Below, in pieces: positions 56,799-64,000 of a stretch of 64,000 nt of DNA; within the stretch, counting starts at the first letter, position 1, and every line of letters starts with the position of its first letter. Under the pieces are notes generated by a model. The model saw only the letters and a list, made by a program, of their open reading frames with translations. It was not told where the DNA came from and searched no databases. This DNA comes from an uncultured Gammaproteobacteria bacterium (GTDB lineage: Bacteria > Patescibacteriota > Patescibacteriia > 2-01-FULL-39-33), in the NCBI GenBank assembly GCA_964558935.1, contig CAZLFP010000001.1, positions 147,260 through 211,259 of the forward strand, given 5' to 3'. The translations under genes and the position numbers were made by a program.

Positions 56799-56907
56799 AT
56801 TGCCAAAAAACATACGATCCTCTAATATATAAAACACTGTGGCTGTTGACTTAGACTAGTATTCCGAGAGGTTAGTCCAAGATAGTCTAGCAGTCACAGT
56901 ATTTTTT

Positions 56908-58275
56908 TTACACAGTATATTTCTGACCATATTCCGGAATCACTCCTTCAATGCCTAATTTCTGTTTTAAACCATCCTTAATCATCAAAGCCGGTTCTTC
57001 TTCACCGTGCACCACAAAAACCTGTTTAGGTTTAGGACGAGTCATCATCTTAACCCAATGCAATAATTTGGGCTGGTCAGCGTGAGCAGAATAGGCTCCA
57101 ATGGCATCGATCTTAGCTTTGACTCTCACCTGTTCTCCCAAAATCTTAACCTGTTTGGCTCCGTCAAACAACTTTCTGCCCAAAGAACCATCCACTTGGT
57201 AGCCAATGAAAAGTAATTGATTATTAGGATCATTTAAGTACAACTTCAAATGAAAAGGAATTCGACCTCCCACGCACATACCAGAACCGGCAATAATTAC
57301 CTTGGGTGGCTGTATGCCATTAATTCTTTTAGATTGGCGACTGCTACTGGTAAACTCAAGGCCTGGAAATTGGAAAATATCATCTCCGGCTTGCATTAAT
57401 TTTTGAGATTCTTTATCAAAATAATGTAAATAATCTTGGTAAATTTTAGTCGCCCTAATGGCTAAAGGTGAATCTAAAAAAACCCTGGTATCTGGCACCA
57501 ACCGATTTTCAATTAAATAGTTTAATTCATACAATACTTCTTGAGTTCTTTCCAAAGCAAAAGAAGGGATCATTAAAACTCCTTTCTGGCCTACAGATTG
57601 AATAATCGCTTCTTTTAACATCCTAAGCCTTAATTCAGCTGGCTCATGTATTCTACCGCCATAGGTCGCTTCCATAACCACATAATCTGCACCGTCAATC
57701 ACGCTGGTATCTTTTAACAAAGGAACCGGCGAATTGCCCAAATCACCTGAAAAAACTAATTTCTTCTCTTGGGAGCCATCCTTAATCCAAACTTCAGCTA
57801 TCGCCGAACCTAAGATATGCCCGGCATCTCGTAATTTGAATCTTAGTTTGGAATTAATTTTAATCTGCCGATCATATTTCAAAGGTACAAAGAGATTGAT
57901 CAAATCTCTGACATTTTGACGGGAATAAGGAGCGGGTCGATTCTGACTCTTGGCTTCTTTTTGGGCAATACGCGCTGAATCATACAGCATTAGATATGCA
58001 AAATCTTTAGTTGGCTCAACACAATACACCTTGCCTCTGAAGCCATCTTTATATAACTTGGGCAACCGACCGGCATGATCCATATGAGCATGAGTCAGTA
58101 TGACAAAATCTATTTCCTTGGGATCAAAAGCAAACTCATCCCAATTTCTACTGGCATAAAAATCTCCACCTTGGAAAATCCCACAATCTACCAAAAACTT
58201 AACCGAATCTGTTTCCACTAAGTGGCAAGAGCCAGTCACTTCTTGGCAAGCACCATGAAATGATAATTTAATCAT
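56908..58275 (-). CDS. MBL-fold beta-CASP ribonuclease (RNase J-like), short form
   Basis: HAHMDHAG metallo-beta-lactamase motif, MIKLSFHGACQEVTGSC N-terminus and a beta-CASP region; 455 aa. Confidence 0.7.
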   Translation of the reverse strand: MIKLSFHGACQEVTGSCHLVETDSVKFLVDCGIFQGGDFYASRNWDEFAFDPKEIDFVILTHAHMDHAGRLPKLYKDGFRGKVYCVEPTKDFAYLMLYDSARIAQKEAKSQNRPAPYSRQNVRDLINLFVPLKYDRQIKINSKLRFKLRDAGHILGSAIAEVWIKDGSQEKKLVFSGDLGNSPVPLLKDTSVIDGADYVVMEATYGGRIHEPAELRLRMLKEAIIQSVGQKGVLMIPSFALERTQEVLYELNYLIENRLVPDTRVFLDSPLAIRATKIYQDYLHYFDKESQKLMQAGDDIFQFPGLEFTSSSRQSKRINGIQPPKVIIAGSGMCVGGRIPFHLKLYLNDPNNQLLFIGYQVDGSLGRKLFDGAKQVKILGEQVRVKAKIDAIGAYSAHADQPKLLHWVKMMTRPKPKQVFVVHGEEEPALMIKDGLKQKLGIEGVIPEYGQKYTV

Positions 58276-59654
58276 ATTAACTTTTTAAATTGATTACCCC
58301 GATCAAATTCGTTGATAAATAATCCAAAGGAAGCAAAACCGGGACTGAGTAAAATAATGTCTCCTTTTTTGGCCATTGATTTGGCAATGCCAACAGCTTG
58401 AACCATCGACCGGACAACGGTAATCGGCAACTTATCTATCTTCTTGACTCTTGACAATAATTTATCTGTGCCCGTACCTTCAAACAAAACCAGAGACTTC
58501 ACATGCTGCTTTATCAAAGGAATGACCAAATCATATTTAAGCCCCTTGTCTGAACCACCGGCCAGTAAAACAATGTTTCTTTTCCGACCCAATGATTTTA
58601 AAGCCACGCTTAAAGCCTCGGGTGTAGTGGAAGTTGTATCATTGTAGTACTTAACACCCTGATCTGTTTTAACCAATTCCAGTCTGTCAGCGATACCGGT
58701 AAAACTTTTCACACCTCTAACAATATTTTTAACAGCTATGCCGTAAATCATAGCAACACATACAGCGGCCAGAGTGTTATACACATTATGCTCACCAGGA
58801 ATTTGAATATCCTTCAAACTAACCACTCTTTGCTCCTGACCATCTTGTCTGAAACAGATATACCCCCTTTTGACAAAGCAGCCGTTTTGTTCTGCAAACT
58901 CGTCCAGACTAAACCAGTATCTTTGAGCCAAAGCTTGAGAGGCAATTTTGTTAGTATACTTGTTATCCTTATTGATAACCAGATAATCTTGCGGGTTTTG
59001 CCATTTAAAAATATGGCTCTTAGCCTGAACATAATCTGTCATATCGGCATAAGTATTTAAATGATCCGGATACACATTGGTAAAAACAGCAATATGAGGA
59101 CTTAATTGGTACGGCTCCAAGCTTTCTGTCAGCCAAGAGGATAATTCCAACACAACGGGACCGCCTTTGTTGATCTGAGACAATTGAGCTAGAGGTGAAC
59201 AGGTAATATTACCACCCAATACACTGTTGGGATATTGGGTTGAAATAAGTTTATGGATTAAACTGGTGGTCGTACTCTTACCTCTGGTACCGGTAATGCC
59301 AATCAGTCTTTTTCTATCCACCAATTTAAAAAAAATGGAAATATCTGTTTCAATGGGAATTTGATGCTTTCTGGCCAGATTTAATAATTGAGATCTGTTG
59401 GGTACCAAAGGATTTCTGACAATTAAATCGGCATTTAAAACATCTTGACTGCGGTGTTCTCCCAGTACATATTTAATCTGACTCTCATATCTCTTTAACC
59501 TCTTAATCTGGTCTTTGAGTTGTGCATGGGTTTTTAAATCCGTAATCGTTAACTTGGCACCTTGTTTAAGCAAATACTTGGCCGCTGAGATACCGCTACC
59601 TTGAGGAAAAACACCCAACCCAATTAGAGTTACTTTTTTGTTTTGGTAATTCAT
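58272..59654 (-). CDS. murD: UDP-N-acetylmuramoylalanine--D-glutamate ligase (MurD)
   Basis: KKVTLIGLGVFPQGSG Rossmann N-terminus and P-loop GITGTRGKSTTT. Confidence 0.9.
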   Translation of the reverse strand: MNYQNKKVTLIGLGVFPQGSGISAAKYLLKQGAKLTITDLKTHAQLKDQIKRLKRYESQIKYVLGEHRSQDVLNADLIVRNPLVPNRSQLLNLARKHQIPIETDISIFFKLVDRKRLIGITGTRGKSTTTSLIHKLISTQYPNSVLGGNITCSPLAQLSQINKGGPVVLELSSWLTESLEPYQLSPHIAVFTNVYPDHLNTYADMTDYVQAKSHIFKWQNPQDYLVINKDNKYTNKIASQALAQRYWFSLDEFAEQNGCFVKRGYICFRQDGQEQRVVSLKDIQIPGEHNVYNTLAAVCVAMIYGIAVKNIVRGVKSFTGIADRLELVKTDQGVKYYNDTTSTTPEALSVALKSLGRKRNIVLLAGGSDKGLKYDLVIPLIKQHVKSLVLFEGTGTDKLLSRVKKIDKLPITVVRSMVQAVGIAKSMAKKGDIILLSPGFASFGLFINEFDRGNQFKKLI

Positions 59655-60319
59655 AGTGATCTAACCACAGCCATGGGTGTTTGCTCACTGCCCTGGCCTA
59701 ATGGATTATCTTTAAAAATGGCTTTGGCCAGCTCAGAATCCACTCCTTGACTGACACCCAGCACATTAACACCTAAATCGTTTGCGTCAATTATTATTAC
59801 TTGAATATTATACTCATCTGCCAACTTCTGAGCTACTTTGTCTGGCTCTTTTGGACCCAAAACCGCATACTCATTGTAGGGAGGCAGAGTGTAATCACAA
59901 GGACCGTCAATGGCATTGACGCCATGACCGGCCAGGATATAGAAAACACCCTTTTGACCGAATAATTTGGCAATACCCCCAATTAAAGCAGCGACTACAA
60001 TTCTTAAACCTCCGGCTTCATTAATCGCCAGTTGCATCGTTTCCGGCCGACCCAAGCCAATACCATAGGGTGACTTGTAGACAAATTTAACCAACAACCT
60101 TGCTAACCATCCAACCTTAACCTCAGAAATCTTGTAGGCTCTGCCCTGGGTAATCGCCACACATCTCTCTGAAATAAACAGAATATCTCCTGTTTGCAAA
60201 ACCGGTTTGGCATATTGCGCTACCACCTGAAAGATGTCATCTGCCGGCATAATAACATGCGTCTTAATATGCCATCTCTGGTAAGTCTTGTTTTCAACTG
60301 TTATTTGCGTTTGTGTCAT
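59651..60319 (-). CDS. CofE-like protein (F420-0:gamma-glutamyl ligase family amide ligase), function here unknown
   Basis: GDILFISERCVAITQGRAY and AGHGVNAIDGP / IIIDANDLGVN resemble CofE family motifs (GD[IV]LV[IV]SSK..., NAG[IV]D); overlaps the murD start. Confidence 0.45.
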   Translation of the reverse strand: MTQTQITVENKTYQRWHIKTHVIMPADDIFQVVAQYAKPVLQTGDILFISERCVAITQGRAYKISEVKVGWLARLLVKFVYKSPYGIGLGRPETMQLAINEAGGLRIVVAALIGGIAKLFGQKGVFYILAGHGVNAIDGPCDYTLPPYNEYAVLGPKEPDKVAQKLADEYNIQVIIIDANDLGVNVLGVSQGVDSELAKAIFKDNPLGQGSEQTPMAVVRSL

Positions 60320-60320
60320 A

Positions 60321-61718
60321 CTATCTGTGCACAGTAATTATATCTCCCAATTTGATCCAGTCAAAGAACTTGGCCGCCGGCATATCATCCAATCTGACAC
60401 AACCATGACTGACAGCCGTACCTAAAGAACCGGGTCCTTCTTTAATTCCATTTATATACGGTAAAGCATGAATGCCGTTTTGCACACTGCCGGCGTTGTA
60501 AAAACCTACGAATTTCGGCATACCCCAAGTTTGACCATCCCCGGCTCCATACGCCATTTCATGTTTTGACAACACTTGGAATTCTCCCAAGCGAGTCGGA
60601 GTGGACCTTTTACCGGTCGAAGTTATGTATTCCTCAACTTTGTAACCTAAATCATACCAACCAAATCTTTGTTTGGTGACATCAATATCTACGTACCGAC
60701 CGTAACGCATATCTCCTGTCTGCGTATTTTGCACGACAGTCACTAAATCTGCCTGGCCATCTCCATTTAGTTCACCCAGTGCAATGTTCAAACCGCGACT
60801 ATCCTGAGCCTTACCCACAAAAGACTCTTCCAGCAGACTGCCGTCCGCTTTAAAAATCTTCACATGAGGACCGCCGGTAAAACCGGCCGCAGTTATGATT
60901 TCCTGGCCGGGTTGATTGTCATAATCGTAAGCGGCCACTGACACTCCGCCTCTGAAGTTTTCTTCATAAGCCAAAAATTCGGTAATTAAAGAGCCATCTG
61001 CCCGATAAATACCAACATAGGGCTGAGACCCATATTGGCCTGAAATAACAATTTCTTGTTTACCATCTCCCCCCAAATCTATACTTGCCAAATTAATTCC
61101 TTTCAGACTTCCGTAGTTGTTGACCTCAAACATGCCATAGTAACTGGCATCCGGATTAAAAATTTTAACCACTGGTTCATACCCATAACTGGAAGCCACT
61201 AAAATCTTGTTGCCATCTCCGTTAAGATTAGCACAAGCCACTGACACTCCCCACCTGTACTCGGTTTTGTCAAAGGCAAAGAAACCATCATTAACGGTCG
61301 GATGACCGTAAGAATCAAAAACACGAATATGCGGACCACCGGTTTCTCCGGCTCCGGTAATGATTTCCGCTTGACCATCTCCATTTAAATCACAAGCGGC
61401 CACAGACACACCTCCCCTGAAATTATCCTTGTAAGCCAAGAAGGCATCCAAAAAAGAACCATCGGCTCTAAATATTTTAACAACCGGTGACTGTTCCTTA
61501 AGAGCACCCAAAATAATTTCAGTTTTTCCATCACTGCCCAAATCCGCGACTGCCAAATTATAGCCTAAACCGTCGTTTTCTTCAAAACCACCCAGTCTGT
61601 TTAAAGATTTTAGAGCATAAAAATTTACCGGCACACCAGCCCAAACCAAGCTGCCCAACAGGCAACCCAGCACAACTAAACCACCCACGGCTAGTTTGTA
61701 ATTAATGTTAGACTTCAC
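60321..61718 (-). CDS. secreted/membrane-anchored FG-GAP (VCBS-like) repeat beta-propeller fused to a C-terminal YkuD L,D-transpeptidase domain
   Basis: Six DxDGDG-type repeats (DLGSDGKTEI, DLNGDGQAEI, NLNGDGNKI, DLGGDGKQEI, LNGDGQADL) with interspersed GGPHI/VK motifs; C-terminal GSLGTAVSHGCVRL is the YkuD catalytic motif. Confidence 0.75.
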   Translation of the reverse strand: MKSNINYKLAVGGLVVLGCLLGSLVWAGVPVNFYALKSLNRLGGFEENDGLGYNLAVADLGSDGKTEIILGALKEQSPVVKIFRADGSFLDAFLAYKDNFRGGVSVAACDLNGDGQAEIITGAGETGGPHIRVFDSYGHPTVNDGFFAFDKTEYRWGVSVACANLNGDGNKILVASSYGYEPVVKIFNPDASYYGMFEVNNYGSLKGINLASIDLGGDGKQEIVISGQYGSQPYVGIYRADGSLITEFLAYEENFRGGVSVAAYDYDNQPGQEIITAAGFTGGPHVKIFKADGSLLEESFVGKAQDSRGLNIALGELNGDGQADLVTVVQNTQTGDMRYGRYVDIDVTKQRFGWYDLGYKVEEYITSTGKRSTPTRLGEFQVLSKHEMAYGAGDGQTWGMPKFVGFYNAGSVQNGIHALPYINGIKEGPGSLGTAVSHGCVRLDDMPAAKFFDWIKLGDIITVHR

Positions 61719-61736
61719 CTTCCAATTATTTATAGA

Positions 61737-62795
61737 TTAAATATTCCAAGCGCCCCTGTCCATTAAAAAAATAACCAAGCCAATAATCGCCATCATGGCT
61801 CCAATCACCCAAAAACGCATTACAACTTTCGCTTCGGGCCAACCAATGGCTTCAAAATGATGATGAATGGGGGTGGATAAAAAAACTTTTTTACCATGTC
61901 TTAATTTTTTGGAAGTCACCTGAATAATAACCGAAGCAGATTCAAGTACAAACAAAAAACCAATGATCGGCAAAAGCAACACAGAATTGGTTAAGAGTGC
62001 AATAATGGCTAAAGTTACTCCCAAAGACATGGCTCCGGTATCCCCCATAAAAAACCGAGCCGGTGTAATGTTAAACCATAAAAAAGCGAGCAATGAGCCA
62101 ATAATCACTCCGCAGAAAGCCGCCAAATCATATTTACCCTGGACAAAAGCGATACTGCCAAAAGATAAAAAGGCAAAAAGCAGAGTACCACCGGACAAAC
62201 CATCTAAACCATCTATTTCATTAACAGAAAAAGCTGTCGCTACGACCACAAAAATCACAAACGGAATAAACCACAACCCCACATTGTAGGTGGCTAAAAA
62301 AGGAATCCGGATAAAATCCCATTCCAATTTAAAATAAAACCACCAGGCCGCTACGATTGCAATGACTGTGTACACAAACAGGCGATGTCCCATAGACAAA
62401 CCGCCGCCATACGGTCCGATCTTTCTGACATTCAAATAATCATCCACCAAACCAACCAGAGCCGCCGCCACCAAAGCTCCCAAGGGTAACCAAGTTTGCG
62501 ATCGAGACAAAAAATTCAATTTGGAAAACTCCCCGTTGAAGAATTGAGATAAATAAAAGAAAGCCAAAGCAATGACCAATGTGGTTATCCAGATCAATAA
62601 ACCGCCCATAACAGGTGTGCCAGACTTTTTCTGATGCAATTGACTCATAATTGGAGCCCTGTCTGAACTTCGAATCTGCTTACCCAATTTAAACTTATAC
62701 AAAAAATGAGTTAACACAGGAGTCCAACCAATAGCCATGACAAAGGACAATAAGGTTAAAAAAAAGATTTTAATCACAAAGAAGTCAATATCCAT
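61737..62795 (-). CDS. mraY: phospho-N-acetylmuramoyl-pentapeptide transferase (MraY)
   Basis: NEIDGLDGLSGG, NITPARFFMGDTGAMSLG and HHHFE motifs; 10 TM helices. Confidence 0.9.
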   Translation of the reverse strand: MDIDFFVIKIFFLTLLSFVMAIGWTPVLTHFLYKFKLGKQIRSSDRAPIMSQLHQKKSGTPVMGGLLIWITTLVIALAFFYLSQFFNGEFSKLNFLSRSQTWLPLGALVAAALVGLVDDYLNVRKIGPYGGGLSMGHRLFVYTVIAIVAAWWFYFKLEWDFIRIPFLATYNVGLWFIPFVIFVVVATAFSVNEIDGLDGLSGGTLLFAFLSFGSIAFVQGKYDLAAFCGVIIGSLLAFLWFNITPARFFMGDTGAMSLGVTLAIIALLTNSVLLLPIIGFLFVLESASVIIQVTSKKLRHGKKVFLSTPIHHHFEAIGWPEAKVVMRFWVIGAMMAIIGLVIFLMDRGAWNI

Positions 62796-62797
62796 AC

Positions 62798-63172
62798 TTA
62801 CATGTTAATATATACGATCAAACTGCCGGCAATTAATAAAATAACATTCACCAACACCACATTAGCTGACAAAAAGTAGCTTAAAATCTCATGTTTAAGA
62901 TACATGTAAAAAGCTAATAAGGTGTTAAAAATGACACACACCAAGCCCAGTACTGGTAGTAGAATCACAGCCTGCCAGCTAGTTAAAGAACTGATACCAA
63001 AATAAATATTATATTGAAAAATAATATAATCCTGACTCTGGTAGAAATTGGTAATTAAAACCAACCACAGAATGATGTTTAACAACAAGCCCAAGAGTAA
63101 ACTGATCACAATAAACCGGTTGCGTCTGGCAGGACTGGTTTTAATATTTTGATATAAATTCAACCACACCAT
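62798..63172 (-). CDS. small membrane protein, unknown
   Basis: 3-4 hydrophobic helices; starts the minus-strand operon with mraY. Confidence 0.4.
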   Translation of the reverse strand: MVWLNLYQNIKTSPARRNRFIVISLLLGLLLNIILWLVLITNFYQSQDYIIFQYNIYFGISSLTSWQAVILLPVLGLVCVIFNTLLAFYMYLKHEILSYFLSANVVLVNVILLIAGSLIVYINM

Positions 63173-63315
63173 AATGGCTTGATTTAGTAATTATTATATA
63201 GATTTTATAAAGATTTGTCTATCTATTGACAAAATCCAAAAATCATGTTAGATTGTCGAAGTCTGATGCATGGTGTATCAGATTAAATGTTACTCTAGAT
63301 ATAAGGAGTAGATGG

Positions 63316-63441
63316 ATGACAGAAATGACAGAGGCGTTTGAACTGGTCGAAATGTTCCTGAACATGCTGGCCGAGCTAGTCAGCAATGTCTTCGGCATGG
63401 ATCTGTGGAGCTTTTTCGAAGCTCTAGCCGGTATCCTCTAG
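63316..63441 (+). CDS. small anionic amphipathic peptide (41 aa)
   Basis: SD AAGGAG lies 7 nt upstream of the ATG; MTEMTEAFELVEMFLNMLAELVSNVFGMDLWSFFEALAGIL; promoter TTGACA-17-TAGATT upstream. Confidence 0.3.
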   Translation: MTEMTEAFELVEMFLNMLAELVSNVFGMDLWSFFEALAGIL

Positions 63442-63598
63442 GATCCAATCGTCTCAATTGACCTACCTCACCGCAGCCGTTCTGTGTGTGGGGAGTTTTA
63501 TTCTATCTAGCCTCTTGACAGATCTTAATAATTATGATAATTTACAAAATCAACTTAAATCTCTTAAGTTAGATAATAGCTAAATTTAAATAAATAAT

Positions 63599-64000
63599 AT
63601 GCAAACAAACCCAGTTATTAATGCCAAAAATCTAAAAACAGTAGTGATTATTACTGTAATTTTAGTCATTTTTAGTTTAATCATGAGCTTCATGCAAATT
63701 CCCAAGTATGAATCTACTTCTAAACTGATTGTGGTTTTCAACCAAGAAAACATTGACGTGTACACAGCTGCTCAAACCTCAAATTACATTGCCGGTATTT
63801 TGAGCGAGGTTGTCTACTCTCATTCCTTTATTGATGCCGTCTTAGCTTCTAACTTTGACCTACAAGACACTTTAGGTTTTAGTCAAGAAAAAAGATTAAA
63901 GAATTGGCAAAAAATGGTGAAAGTCAGAATTCAAGACAATAAAGGTATTATGATTATCGATGTTCTAAACACTGACAAGAACCAAGCCCACCAGTATGCC
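63599..64000 (+). CDS. Wzz/Cap5A-like polysaccharide chain-length determinant N-terminal domain protein (partial, continues past window end)
   Basis: N-terminal TM (VVIITVILVIFSLIMSF) followed by PKYESTSKLIV, typical of Wzz/YveK N-terminal domains; no stop before position 64000. Confidence 0.5.
   Translation, partial: MQTNPVINAKNLKTVVIITVILVIFSLIMSFMQIPKYESTSKLIVVFNQENIDVYTAAQTSNYIAGILSEVVYSHSFIDAVLASNFDLQDTLGFSQEKRLKNWQKMVKVRIQDNKGIMIIDVLNTDKNQAHQYA

Noticed and set aside
56820-56905. Long imperfect inverted repeat (cactgtggctgttgacttagactag ... ctagtctatc..cagtcacagt) as a possible mobile-element end or regulatory palindrome
   Set aside because: It sits immediately downstream of the RNase J-like gene stop and is followed by a T-rich tract on the minus strand. 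It is most simply that gene's terminator.

Overview
This 64 kb window looks like a stretch of a small, AT-rich bacterial chromosome, possibly a reduced genome. The evidence is a TruB-TsaC fusion, a UvrC with no HhH domain, a short TsaB, and several TATAAT boxes sitting directly before start codons, which suggests leaderless mRNAs. Most genes are on the minus strand.

Core content:
- Nucleotide-excision repair: uvrC, uvrA and uvrB.
- Two tRNAs: tRNA-Val(CAC) and tRNA-Gln(CUG).
- Housekeeping genes: dut, an IMPase-family gene, trmB, dnaX, corA, dus, cysS, secA, mutM, hpf, rplJ-rplL, uppP, mltG.
- A division/cell-wall (dcw) cluster split into two blocks about 20 kb apart. The first block is mraZ-rsmH-ftsL-ftsI-murF followed by a GT4 glycosyltransferase, a sulfotransferase-like gene and two zinc-ribbon mini-genes. 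The second block is mraY, an FG-GAP/L,D-transpeptidase gene, a CofE-like ligase, murD, a beta-CASP RNase, a GC-rich ncRNA, ftsW-murG-murC, two small membrane-protein genes, murB and hpf.

Three compositional classes are visible by eye. Core genes are moderately AT-rich. A very AT-rich 7.5 kb same-strand operon at 12.9-20.1 kb, ending at tRNA-Gln, encodes a radical-SAM/SPASM enzyme, an asparagine-synthetase-like protein with no glutaminase cysteine, and three glycosyltransferases. This is the best candidate for an accessory or horizontally acquired glycoconjugate-modification system. At least ten small GC-rich genes are scattered through the window, each with a consensus Shine-Dalgarno sequence and its own hairpin terminator.

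Other notable elements:
- A ~590 nt GC-rich structured RNA at 56.18-56.77 kb with its own sigma70 promoter and a double terminator. It has several segments resembling type-A RNase P RNA, so it is a probable rnpB.
- An mraZ promoter with two GTGGG direct repeats spaced 10 bp apart in the leader, which fits an MraZ operator.
- A hairpin plus U-tract attenuator in the rplJ leader.
- An alternative-pairing leader upstream of two translationally coupled zinc-ribbon mini-genes.

No CRISPR array, rRNA or obvious transposase was seen. Coordinates for features I derived by hand may be off by 1-2 nt.
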